DNA from: Octopus vulgaris
Lineage: Eukaryota
Direction of reading: 5' to 3'
Assembly: GCA_951406725.2 (NCBI GenBank)
Contig: OX597826.1
Coordinates: forward strand, 17,484,001 to 17,548,000
DNA: 64,000 nt
In this document: positions 51,742-64,000 of the stretch, piece after piece
How positions within the stretch are numbered: the first letter of the stretch is position 1
Layout of the letters: every line of letters starts with the position of its first letter
Position numbers and translations under genes: made by a program
The notes under the pieces: generated by a model
Told to the model about the DNA's origin: nothing
The model's input: only the letters and a program-made list of their open reading frames with translations
The model's database searches: none

Positions 51742-52299
51742 AAAGTGGGACAAGAACGCAAAGCATCCAGACAGTTAGATGATACAAAAAAGGGGGCCAT
51801 GCTGGAGTACCGCCTTAAAGGGTGTTATCGCCGTATCTCGCTTCCAGTAAAAAGTATGTTTCATTTCCCCACCCCCACTCTTTTTTTTTTTTCACTGCTG
51901 TTACATTAATTTACTCAATAAAGGAATTACTCATTAGGGTTTCCTATGCCTGAATAACTGTGCATTTCCAAGCCTTTTTAATAACGATCTTATTAGGATA
52001 AAAGACGAAAATTGACAACGGTGAGATTTGGACTCAGCACGTAAAGGACCCCCGCGACTCAAATCCAACGATAATCTACCCTACTCAGTATTGCAGTACT
52101 TTCAATATTGTTCGATTACCATCAACGCCTGATGAAGTTTCATCTGGCAAGTTTTTGTTTTATATACATATAATGGCGGACAGCAAAGGGAAAGAAAAGC
52201 AACTGCCAAATCAAGTCACAGTATACCACAGTCTTTCCCGGGAAAGATCACTCACACCTTATGTTTGTGAAAATAACACCAGGTAAACTCTTGCGAGTT

Positions 52300-53500
52300 G
52301 AGAACAGAGTGCCTGAAGTTACTAGCAATGATTGCCATAAATGAAATAAAATAACATAACAGGTTACAAGAAAGATGTGTGAGAGAGCTTCGTGGTTAGG
52401 CTGGACTGTTGATCTTGCAGACATGGTTGACGTACTGTTTGGTGGTGTGTAGAGGCAGCCGTTGGTCTGTTGGTCGTGTGGTCTTCGTACATCAACGATG
52501 AAGGCAAGCGTCTGGTAGCGGTGAAAGCGGAGACTGGCTGGTGTCAGATAGATCGTTGTCAAAGACGAGTTGCGTGTGGTCAATGGCACGTGCCAAAGAC
52601 CTAGAGCAGGCGAAAACTGTCGATCTTACAGAGATCAGTGGGCTCCCAAGAGCTGGGGATTAATTTCACTCGTAAGGAAAAATGAAGTGCTGCACCAAAA
52701 TGATTGAAAACCGACCTATAATAAAAACAATTTCAGCGAATCACAAGGTCATGTGATGTGGTAGAACGAAAAGGGCTTGTGCGGCCGATATCCAGGTATT
52801 AAAGCCTAATCAACCCAAAATGAAAACATCTCACACATAATGGCAGTGTCAATCACTTCTGCCACAACTCCATATCCCTGCCGATGTGAATCGTTAGGAT
52901 TTATACTATGAAAACTGGTTTACTGTGTAATGGTTCGACAATTCTCTACCCGTTTCACTGTGTTGCCTTGTCGGGTAATGCGATGCATTTGGTGTTAATC
53001 TATGGAAGTAAAAACAATATGGTTTGTTGCTATTGCAAACGATGTGGACACGAGACAAGCTAAATTAAATTGGCTTCAACTTGAATTGCATACCTGGCCT
53101 AAATATTCAACTGGCTGGGAGCTTAGTAGTTGTTCTTTATTACATAAAATGTCAAGAATGGCGAAAAGAGTTGTTGGTTAATATTATGTCACTGGCATTC
53201 CTACATGCTCATAGATACTTAAGACTCGTACTAACTTGCTTTTGCTCGCGTGTGTATATGATCGGTTGTAGCTCTTAGTGAGAAGAAAAAATTCAACTAT
53301 TCAACAATAGTGAGTATGTATGATATAGTTTATATCCAATCACACTGACAAACGACGCTCATGAATCTCGTCTGCCAGTATTTATCGTCATTAAACTCTA
53401 TGGGGGGCTAAAGCCGCACACTGTCAGAATTGCTTAGCAAATCTCCAAAACAAATTCAAAGCTTTGTGGAGCAAACAACAAGGTAAGCTCCCAGCAGTCT
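52300..53500 (-). mobile_element. Possible heavily decayed Gypsy pol remnant
   Basis: Only faint RNase H/integrase-like spacing on the minus strand (e.g. HRITRQGN..RVE..RT). Confidence 0.25.
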
Positions 53501-53707
53501 CACACTGCAAGTAGGTTTCAACTGCTGGCTCTTCTCTTAGTTAATTACCTTTCGAAATGTATGCACCTCCCAGTTCCTTTCTGCAATTAAATATACAAAA
53601 CATTGTCCTTTGTCAAATAGATCAAATATTTCCTTTTTTTAGTGAGTGGAGAAATGACAGACGCAGTAACTTGATGCAAAAATGCATTAACGATATTCAG
53701 TCACACA

Positions 53708-53770
<63 letters not shown>

Positions 53771-54168
53771 CTTCTCTCTCCCTCTCTCTACGTTATATGG
53801 AGAAAGTGGGACACTTAGCACCTGGAGAGGCAAGCAATGAACAAGCAATACCAATGCAGTCTTAACTTCAATTCTGACAGGAATGAAGCGTTGTAGTTTT
53901 CTGGTTTCAGTTATAGGACTATGCACCAGATGGAACACCAAACAGCAAACCCTTTTACTTGGACACCGGTCATGCTGGGGCACTGTCTTGGAGAGTTTAG
54001 TCGAACAAATTGATTCTAGATCTTATTCTATCGCAAAGTTGCATTAACAAAAATGAACATCGGCTGTCAAACAGTAAGATAACAAACACAGACATGAACA
54101 TATATACATACATACATACATACATACATGCATACATACATACATACATACATACATACATACATACA

Positions 54169-54204
<36 letters not shown>

Positions 54205-54224
54205 CATATATATGGTGGCTGCCC

Positions 54225-54768
54225 CCTCGTCATCGAGTATGGCCATTGCACGAAGCTTAATCAATGTTGTTATTGTGCAATGCCTGTGCAAGAAGATTTT
54301 TTTAAAGTGAGGAAAGGCTGTGCACTGAGTCAATCCCACTCACTAAGCAGCAGCAGCCATAATCCGAAAAGAAGAACAGGTCAACATCATCGGTAACCAC
54401 TGAGCCACAGGTTTTATGTCGGAGTTATCCCAGTTACCTTCTCCTAGAAGGATGCCCTAACTAAGGCTAGGAGTCCTTCACTCCCAATGGTTTAGCCGCG
54501 CGATCGGGTATTCAATTCTTTTATTTCTATGTCCCCGCGCATGATACAGCCTTAAGCCTTAAGAGAAAAAAATACACATTTATCGGATGGCCGTTGACTC
54601 TCAAGAGTTCCTCCGCCCTTTGACAGGTTTTGTTTTTCATCCCGCAGGGTGTCCAATAAACACCCTCCTCACCAAGCTTGGTGGGGTTGCCGGTTTAGTC
54701 GCCGACGACCTGACCATGCAACAGGTTGTACTGGGTTACATGTTACCAGTAGCACTCGAAAGTGACCA
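54225..54768 (-). mobile_element. Non-autonomous RTE-derived element (5' UTR fused to 3' end) within (TACA)n
   Basis: Minus strand has RTE-type 5' UTR blocks (ggcgactaaaccggcaacc; agggcatccttctaggagaagg) and a 3' stem ccatactcgatgacgagg. No ORF. Confidence 0.6.
54690..54768 (-). ncRNA. HDV-like self-cleaving ribozyme candidate
   Basis: Minus strand tGGTCA...CCAGT-aca-ACCTGT-tgc-aTGGTCa-GG-TCG tcgg CGA-CTAA-ACCGG has P1, P2, P3/L3, P1.1, P4 and J4/2 in the expected order at the exact 5' end of the element. There is one mismatch each in P2 and P3. Confidence 0.55.
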
Positions 54769-55775
54769 TAGATACATACATACATACATACATACATACA
54801 TACATACATACATACATACATACACAGAAAGCCAATTCGAAGGTTACAAATTCAAGCCATCAATGGAATTGTAAGGATTTGTAAAATTTTCAAGAAGTTT
54901 AGCATTTGAATATATACGCACATGTCAAGACATGCAGCTATATATGCATGAGAATAAATACATAGAACATACAAATCTACACATGCAAGGACTCCAAAAA
55001 CTGCGCACACACAAACATACATAACTACCGTGTGGACATCAATTAAAAATTTTAATGATCTAGGTTAGAAACCGGTTCTTTATTGCCAAGAAATTTTGAA
55101 ATAAACTTAATAATAACAAACATACACATGCCCCCGCCCCAACATACACATACATATTAATAAAACGCGCGCGCGCATGAAGTGCTTCCGCACAGTTTTT
55201 GTCTACTAAATTTCCTCACAAGGGATTGGTGAAACCGAAGATGGGAGTGAACTCGAAACCACATGGCTTTGAAGTGAACTTCTGAACCACATAGCAATAT
55301 CCGAGATTTTATTTATTTATTTATCTATTCATCTTCACAAATAATTACAGCAATTCCTTACTTGTACATAGGGCAGAAGAAGCTGAGAGCCATCGATCAA
55401 ATCGATCTCACATTCCGACACTTTCCAGCAAAGTCAACCGAACCGAGATCACGTTTTTTTTTTTTTTTACCCCTGGTTGTTTCTAAACATTTCATTTACA
55501 TTGTACATGCTCTTGGGAAAGGGATCACCATCACAACATCCAATGCCTCTTACCACTAAAATAATTTTTACTTCGTCAAAAGAACCGGTGTCGTTTTAAG
55601 ATTTCGAAAATGATCTTAACTAAGAGCTGGGTTTTCATTCCACTTCATTTCTGTGGGCTGAAAAGTGGTATCGAAGTCACATAATGTTCTCTCCATACAC
55701 CTATCGGTTTCAGGTTTATTAGACGAATAAAATCAATACATTTCTTGCTCCGTCATTATACACTATATGTGTATG

Positions 55776-55832
<57 letters not shown>

Positions 55833-55928
55833 GCTCATCATGCATATTTATTCATGCGTATTGATTTAACCTACAATTCCATCCTCAGTGGAAAACAGCA
55901 CCTGTGTGTGTGTATATTATATATATAT

Positions 55929-56013
<85 letters not shown>

Positions 56014-57196
56014 TTAATATATATATATATATATATCTCAGCACATAACGTGTGGTTATACTTTCACCTGGAACAACTGTTACCACCACCACCACACTGT
56101 TCTTGATTCTGAACACTGCTACTACGATGGCTGCCAATACAACAGCCATCACCTCTATCCTACATTTCCTGTAGCTTCCACCTGCTGCATGCCATGTAGT
56201 TCTATATTTCCATGCAAAGCTTTCCTCCCCACATCCACTGTCTTTCGCTTGTTTGCATTGCCTTTCTTTGCATGAGTACACTCGTACCATTATGTGTGTA
56301 TGTGTTCCTTTGTTTAGATTCCGAATGATAGCTTAACATGTGTGAAGGCGTGTGATTAAACACAACGGGACCATTTTTAAAAACCCTGGTGACTGAAAAA
56401 AAATAATAACCGAAGAAAAGAGAAGAGAGAGTGGAGTGAGGTATGAATATTTCTGTTGCTATTTGGCGATCTGTTTCCCAAATACGCAGGTGGCATACAG
56501 AAGATAGAAGCAGATACTGAGATAATATAATTGAGGAAGCGGGGAAAGAGAGAGACATAGCCAGTATATATATATATATAAGCTAAGAGAGAAAGAGTGT
56601 TGGTCTCAGAATTAGACACACATGTAAAGGTAGAGACGAAAGGAAGTCTAAACAATTGAGTGAGAGAACAAGAAATACAGAAAGTGAATATAACAAACAA
56701 AGTGAACTAATGAAACGGCGAAAGGAAGAAAGAATAAGTTGACAAGAAAATTAAAGCAACTGAGGGGAATATACAAAGTGGAGGCAGATATGTGTGTAGG
56801 TGGACAAGGAAGCAGAAGGCTAGGAAGGGGAGAAAAAATGATATAAGGAGATGCGAGCCACGGACAGGGAGGAAAAAATCCCCCAATAAGCTGGGCAGGG
56901 AGAGAAGCAGGCAGACAAGTAATCAGAGAGAGAGAAGCAAGGCGGCAAAAAGAGAAAGGTGAAAAGTATGTGAGAGAGAGAGAAGAGAAGCAGAGAAGCA
57001 GAGCGGCAAACAGAGAAAGATGACAAAATATGTGAGAGAGAGAGAGAGAGAGATTTAGTAAGGAATAAAGAGGTAGAGCAAAGAGAGGGAGTAATAGGAA
57101 GCGTCACAGATAGACAAAGCAAAGGAATAAAGCCGAAACCTTACATTCGAGAGAAGCTGAACAGAGAGAAAGGGTTCGCACGGCGAAACGACGAAA

Positions 57197-57221
57197 ATGA
57201 TTCATTACAATGAGAAAATAG
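57197..57221 (+). CDS. Candidate short first coding exon (MIHYNEKI-, phase 1)
   Basis: aaaATG...ATAG|gtatgt after a ~0.7-kb purine-rich leader. Downstream DNA becomes CpG-depleted, as expected for a methylated gene body. Confidence 0.35.
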
Positions 57222-57649
57222 GTATGTAGCAGATCTGTGTTAGAAATATCTAAATGTGAGATTGTATTTGCCACATGGTTTTTCTTTTTTTTTTTTAACT
57301 TTGTGCTTCTTTAGTAAAAAAAAATTAAATAAAATGAACGTTTACCCTTTTGAGATTTTGTCACGTGGAATATTGGAGAAGCTGTTATTTTTGTTTACAT
57401 TTACAAATGTGAAAATATACATCCTTGTATAATTAACATGTTTATGTGGATGCGCTATGTACGTTCACCATTCTGTGTGTGTATCTGACGAACAAGCAGT
57501 TATTTCTGGCCATCTGTGTGATTACCTTGGTTTTAATAACTGTGATACAAAGACTTGTTTCAATTCCGTACACCCAATTGTATATGACATCAAATCATTT
57601 ATAAAGATGAATGTGCATGTATAAATATCTATCTTAGTTTATATCAGCA

Positions 57650-58500
57650 TCATTGCTTTTCACTGGATTTAGTTTTTGTGGAACTGAATGACTAGGATGG
57701 GGAGCCACAAGTCCAGTCAAAGACTGGGACATTGCTTTCCTCGCGGGAGAAGTGTAGGTTTGTGCTTTGTGAGATGTTTGGTTCGTGTTGTGGAAGTTTT
57801 GGTTCCACCATAGATTTTCTTATTAACGTCACACTTTTTTCAATTTTCCTAAATATTTAAATTGCTTCTTTTGTCCACCTCCGCACCTTTCAGCCATTCA
57901 TACGACTTGACCCACCGATGCTCATATCGTATAATGACGGTTTCAATGCAGGATCCATGAAAGGTCCTACTCAAGTATGCTATTATTCCACCGTTTGAAG
58001 CACCACTGAATGTGTATGATTTTTCTGGCTTCTGGTCATATATTTCCAGCTTATGGAGATGTCGTCTATGGTTTGTTATCTTACAGAGCCGTAAGGAGAG
58101 CGAGTACAACTATTTCCTTAATAGACATCAGTTTGGTTGTCTCATATCATAATCTTCATAGAACTGTCTTCTCATTCATCAAATGGTTCGCTAGGTACAT
58201 TTTATTTGCTGTTGGAAGCGTTCTGAGATAAGTGACCACCCAGTTATTGAAAGTGCTCTACGTTTTCTGCCATTTATTTGTCTATGGATGGCTGGACCAG
58301 GTGGTCCCTGCTTCATAGAGCAACATCTTTGTTTTTAGATATATCGACAGTGAAATTTATGCTTCGTACGTCAGCGAAAATGTTGGTAATTGTAATTCTT
58401 CTAAAGTTGCACACATGGCATCATATGCTTACCTATGTAGTCGTGCTCGTTATTTCGTCCTCTATTGTACTGTAGAGACAAGGAAGGTGTTTACATCTGA
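57650..58500 (-). mobile_element. Decayed RTE LINE 3' region
   Basis: Minus strand HRRHLHKL...SN...IETVIIRYEHRW.GQVV*MA (RWAGHV.RM motif). Confidence 0.6.
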
Positions 58501-58619
58501 CTGCATGCAGCAGTGGCTAAAAATTTATAGACATATTCTGTAGTAAAGCACTGAATGAAAACACTGAATTGCCCCAGTAATTTATTTATAAAACTAGCTG
58601 CCAAAAATGCGTTATATAT

Positions 58620-58810
58620 AAGGCCCGACATTTTGGGGGAAGGGGTCAGTCGATTAAATTGACTCCACTACTGGTACTTAATTTATCAACCCCGAAAGGA
58701 TGAAAGGCAAAGTCGACCTAGGCGGAATTTGAACTCAGAACGTAAAGACATACGAAATATCTCTAGGCATTTCGCTCAGTGTGCTAACGTTTCTGCCAGC
58801 TGGCCGCCTT
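58620..58810 (-). mobile_element. SINE family A (another CpG-decayed copy at 62110-62325)
   Basis: Reverse complement of the family A consensus. Confidence 0.85.
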
Positions 58811-59620
58811 AAGCCCTTATTAATATTGGAATTATAAGAATTGTCTCAATGTTTAAGAAGTGCTCAAGGCCCTTATAAAATCCCAAAAGCTAGTCTCTTT
58901 TTCTGTCTACGAAGGCAAGCTATTTATTTACACCTGTTCTCATTGAGTTGGCGAAAAACCTAGATATATTGTACTGTGTAGTAAATTCTGTTAAGTTGTA
59001 TTCATACACTCAAATGTATTAAGATATTGAACAATGTCTTAGTAGATTGTAAAAGGTCAGTCACTAAAGAAAGATGCGTCCTACTCTATGCTTCTCTCAT
59101 CTCCCGCCCCTTAATTTAATTCGTGCTACTTACATTTCAAATGAATGACTGACCTCAAGTTGACTCCTGTAGATGCCGAATGGGGACGAGCTAAGTGTGA
59201 CTTGAATGGGGTATTTTTAATCAGCTCAGTGAAATTGGTAAAGAAGTTTGTATGCCGTGGGGAAAAGAATTCAATCAGTACTTCCTTAAATAAGGACACC
59301 TGGAGTAAGCTTTTCTACCATTTGTTTAAGAGACGGTCTCCTTGATAAAGAATCAAAATTGTTGTAGCCATGAAATCAATATATCTACAAAAGAACAGGT
59401 GTAAGCTTAGTGGACATACTAGAAAGAGCAGTCAAATCTTCCTCATATACATTGCTAACTTTGAAATGGAAGAACAAAATGAATAATGTAGTCCAAGGTA
59501 TATAAACAGAATGGGATGGCCATAAGTCAGCTTGGGTGTTGATCTGGAGCTACAGAGCAACATGCTGGCACAAAATGTCTTAGCATGCATACAGATGAAC
59601 AACCATTTCCCTTTTACCAC

Positions 59621-59693
59621 TTGACTCTTTGGCATGGCCCCATGACCAAGAAGACTTTTAGTCTTCATGGTCATGACTGTGCCAAAGAGTCAA
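59621..59693. other. 73-nt near-perfect hairpin
   Basis: ttgactctttggca..catgacca.gaagact-ttt-agtcttc.tggtcatg..tgccaaagagtcaa. Confidence 0.85.
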
Positions 59694-61485
59694 CTTGGCA
59701 GATATTTGAACAATGGAGACAATACATACGTATATTGCTGTGTTCTCTATGTCCTATAATTTCATCATTTAAATCTTACCATGCCTTTTATCTTTTTGGG
59801 GCTCAATAAAACAAAGTACCCGTCACGTACTGGGGTTGGTTAATGTAAATCGACTAATCCCTTCCTCGAAAATTGCTAGCCTTGTGTCAGAATTTGAGAC
59901 AGTTATGTTGGCCATACTGGGGCTGCATCTTCAAGAATTTTAGCCACTCATATTGACCACACTACTTATTTCAGTATGGTACTTGATTTCTGTTTGATGA
60001 AATTACAGGACATAGAGAACACAGCAATATATGTATGTATTGTCTGCATTGTTCAAATACATACCACTGGCCACTGAGTTGTTTCTCTTAGTTCCCTTGG
60101 CTACTGGAGATAAGATCCCTCAACTGAGATAAGATCCCTCCTATGCTAATAATGGCTAACAGGGTCAGGAATACATGTCCATGATTGTACTCTCATCTCC
60201 AGATAATAAGCCTGTTCTTTTCCTTAATGTCATGTCAACTTTGGAGAAAATTCTTGATTCTTAAATCTCTCTCATCTTCTGCTGAGGAATTGGTTTCAGT
60301 TGTTATTTGGTATTTATGATACATCCTCTTAACGTGGAAATAATTTTAATACATTGAAAATTCATGTTGTATGGTATCTAATATACCTGTGTTTGTCTAT
60401 GTTCAAATACATGCCCACTGGCCACTTTGAGTTATTTCTCTTACATCATTCTTGTTTATGTATAAAATGTATAGACAGGCATTTGCATAGTCTCCATCTA
60501 CCAAATTCCACGTGCAAAGTATAGGTTAACTTGGGGTAAAGATAGTAGAACCTGCTTACCCAAGGTACTACTGTACAGTGAGATGGAACGTAGAGCCATG
60601 GGGTTGTAAAGTGTGGTTCTTAACCACACATGTATGTATTACATGTTTGTTTCAACAAACACCAGATGGTCAGAGGCATAGACAGTTACTTCTCGACATT
60701 ATAGCCATACCACAAAATTGACCTGTTCTTTTTAACAGTGCTTAGTTAGTTTTATGCTCTGCTAGATGTAACTTAAAGAATGGTAAATGCCTCCAAACTG
60801 ACTTACCCATGATATGTGAGAAGCTACATGATGTTGCTTAGTTTCAAATCAGAACTAATTGAGCAAACATAAGGTCAAAGTAGTTTCAGACGTTCCATTT
60901 CTGTATATCAGGGACTACAGAATATAGGGTGTCCTTCTATTTTTAAGATGGCAGTGTATAATCTGAGGGAGAATTTGCTGCTTTTTCACGCAGCTCAATC
61001 AAAGTTGACATGGGGGTGTATAGTTACTACATTGTGGTTCAGTATTTGGCTCCCATAAAAAGGAAGTATTCAGTTGCTAATTCTATAATGTTGGTGAGTT
61101 TAAAACAATAAAGGCAATAGTGGTGGGGGTGGAGGAGGGGGGAGGGCATTATCTGGTAGTGGTCATGATTGGGCAGTATTTAGTGGTAGATGTGGTGTGA
61201 GAAAGTATTTATGTTAGAGTGAGTAGAATGCAGTAAAAGAATAAATGAAACAAAGAGAATTCTATGTTATTTCCAAACATGACTGGCTGCAGGCAAAGTG
61301 CCAGCTGTTTACTCTGATTAACAACAGCTCAGGTAATTACACCTGCCTTGTTGTTGTTCTTTTTTCTGGCTAGCTATACCAGTTTTGGTGGGTTTTGTTT
61401 TGGTTTGGTTTTTGTTAGCTGAAATGCATTGCTGTCCGTAGCAGCTATTACTGGTGTTATTGATATTTTAACTAGTTAGGGAGTA

Positions 61486-61872
61486 TACTCTTTTACTTGT
61501 TTCAGTCATTTGACTGCGGCCATGCTGGAGCACCGCCTTTAGTCGAGCAAATCGACCCCGGGATTTATTCTTTGTAAGCCCAGTACTTATTCTATCGGTC
61601 TCTTTTGCTGAACCGTTAAGTGACGGAGACGTAAACATACCAGCATCGGTTGTCAAACACAGACACACAAACACACACACACACACACATATATACATAC
61701 ATATATACGACAGGCTTCTTTCAGTTTCCATCTACCAAATCCACTCACAAGGCATTGGTCGGCCTGGGGCTATAGCAGAAGACACTTGCCCAAGATGCCA
61801 CGCAGTGGGACTGAACCAGGAGCCATGTGGTTGGTTAGCAAGCTACTTACCACACAGCCACTCCTGCGCCTA
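61486..61872 (-). mobile_element. SINE B (further CpG-decayed copies at 60470-60630 and 63070-63405)
   Basis: Family B consensus with CpG>TpG/CpA changes. Confidence 0.9.
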
Positions 61873-63480
61873 TGTATAGTAAAGATAATAAAATGTAAAT
61901 TTCAATTTTGATTGAACCCACAAAAATTCACTGTAAAAATTAGTAAAAATTAGTTCTATAACTAATCTAATTTTTAGTAAAACCGAATTGTATTTAAACA
62001 AGTTATTTTATTGTCAGTTTTATTCTGTTTAATAAAATGGCTGGTAGACAAATGCAACACATCTGTGAAATTGTTTTTATATCAAACAAAGTCACCATTG
62101 TTATTGGTTTCAAATTATGGCACAAGGCCAATAATTTCAGGGGAGGAGGTAAATTGATTACATCCCCCACCCCCGTACTCAACTGGTTTTTATTTTATCA
62201 GTGGCAAAATGATGAAAGGCTAAGTTGACCCCTATGGCATTTGAATTCAGAATGTGAAGTCACAAGAAATGCCACTAAACATTTTTCTTCCCAGCACAGC
62301 AACAATTCTGTCAGTCACCGCCTTTCAAAGTCAACTTTATGATTATCATTGTTCTATGTCTATTTTCCCATGCTGGTATAGGTTTGACAGGTGTTCTGAG
62401 AGAATGGTTTATAGCTGGATCCCCTTCTTGTTGTTAACCCTTTTAGTCGTCTCTTTGAAGAAGTGTGGTTTGTGTATTCTAAAACTAGGACACACAGGAG
62501 CATTAAGAAAACTTATCTAAAAAAATGTAATTTACTGTCAGAAAAAAACCTTGAACAAAAAGATTAATTGGGCATCAGATCAGATTCATAGAATACTGTC
62601 ATAAAGTGATATGCAGTACACGGGTCTCCTCCTTTGACACCAAACTACCTGAAATAGCTCTTAGTTCAATGAAGCAAATTCACTGTTTTAATATTTCATC
62701 AAAATTTTGTGTTAATTTATGTTCTAAACACCAGCTTAATCATAAAATTATTTTACTAAATTCTTTTTTTTTTTTTCAAAAATTAACTCAAACAAAAGCA
62801 GTGTATTTTGATAGAGATATGGTGTCAAAAAGGATAAAGTAGTTATGGTGAAACTCTTAACAGATATATCTAGATTAAGTAGAAAGATTAGTCCAAGCCA
62901 GATTGTTGCGGGGCAAAGAACAAAGCTGACAGTTCAGAGATAACATAAGACAATGTTAATAAACTTTGCCACCCTTAAAACATTTCAGATGTCCATAAAG
63001 GATTGGCTTTTGGTGACTGTACGAAGAGTTTTATTTTGTTAAACCCTTGAATTCAAGATGATGAGTCACTAAGCTACATGGTTCCAGGTTCCCACTGCAT
63101 GACACCTTGGGCATGTGTCTTCTACATAGCTTCAGGTCAACTAAAGCATTGTCAGTGGAATTCATAGATGGAAACTGAAAGAAGCCCATTGTATATAAAT
63201 ATGTGTTTGTTTTTGTCCCCCACCACCACTTAACAACTGGTGTTGATATGCTTATGTCCCTGTTACTTAGTGGTTCAGCAAAAGAGACTGATAGAATAAG
63301 TGTGAGCTTTAAAAAATGTATACTGGGGTCGATTTGTACAGCTAAACTTCTTCATAGTGATGCCCCAGGATGGTCACAGCCTAATGACTGAAACTAGTAA
63401 AAGATTAACATGTGTTACTTCTCTTGTCTTATATCCATTCCTCTTCTCTCAGTAATTCTTATTTATCCATCAATACTAAG

Positions 63481-64000
63481 CGTCGCCTAAACATCTTTCA
63501 CCTGCGCTGCCTCCGGAAAATCCTCCGCATCAAATGGCAGAACCATATCCCCAACAAAGATGTCCTCAAGCAAGCAGGAATACCAAGCATGTTTGCACTC
63601 CTCACACAAAGACGTATGAGATGGCTTGGGCATGTTAGCCGTATGAAAGATGGCAGAATCCCCAAGGACATAGTCTACGGAGAGCTTGCTAGGGGCACTA
63701 GGTCTGTGGGAAGACCATTCTTACGTTACAAGGATGTTTGCAAAAGGGACATGAAGGCCTGCAACATCAATATTAGCAGTTGGGAAGCAATTGCCAGCAA
63801 CCGTGGAGATTGGCGACGTACCGTAAAAGAGGGAATACAAAGGAGTGACAGAGAGAGAGAGGAGAAATGGAAAGACAAGAAAAGACGTCAACAAGAAACT
63901 ATGACACTACAACCAGCCAGGAATAGTCTTCGCTACATTTGCGGTACCTGCCAGAGGGAGTGTTTGTCCAGGATAGGACTACACAGCCACAGCAGGAAAT
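63481..64000 (+). mobile_element. Young 5'-truncated RTE-clade LINE, uninterrupted ORF C-terminus running off the window
   Basis: 173 stop-free codons: RRLNIFHLRCLRKILRIKWQ...RRMRWLGHVSRMKDGRIPKDIVYGEL...GRPFLRYKDVCKRDMK...W...ASNRGDWR...CGTCQRECLSRIGLHSH (C2H-type finger). Confidence 0.95.

Overview
AT-rich, repeat-dominated eukaryotic DNA. The SINE families and microsatellite load look like a coleoid cephalopod, probably Octopus (inferred from recognised repeat consensus, not from a search). Most of the window is nested, decayed mobile DNA: three tRNA-derived SINE families, two mariners, a Tc1/mariner-type element, Helitron remnants, R4/Dong-, RTE-, RTE-X-, CR1- and Tx1-like LINE pieces, Penelope-like elements, and Merlin- and hAT-like MITEs. 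Nearly all long ORFs in the supplied track are microsatellite artefacts. Likely host-gene signals are a single-exon 184-aa orphan ORF (11181-11735, -), a signal-peptide first coding exon (41273-41417, +) with several phase-compatible downstream exons, and a probable gene start near 57.2 kb followed by a strongly CpG-depleted, probably methylated intron. Notable structures are hammerhead ribozyme motifs in Penelope-derived elements (some with non-canonical cores), an HDV-like ribozyme at the 5' end of an RTE-derived element, a SINE whose 3' tail matches a microsatellite-embedded Tx1-like LINE, an uninterrupted young RTE ORF at the right edge, and several templated inverted-duplication scars. 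No prokaryotic-type system (CRISPR, operon) is present.
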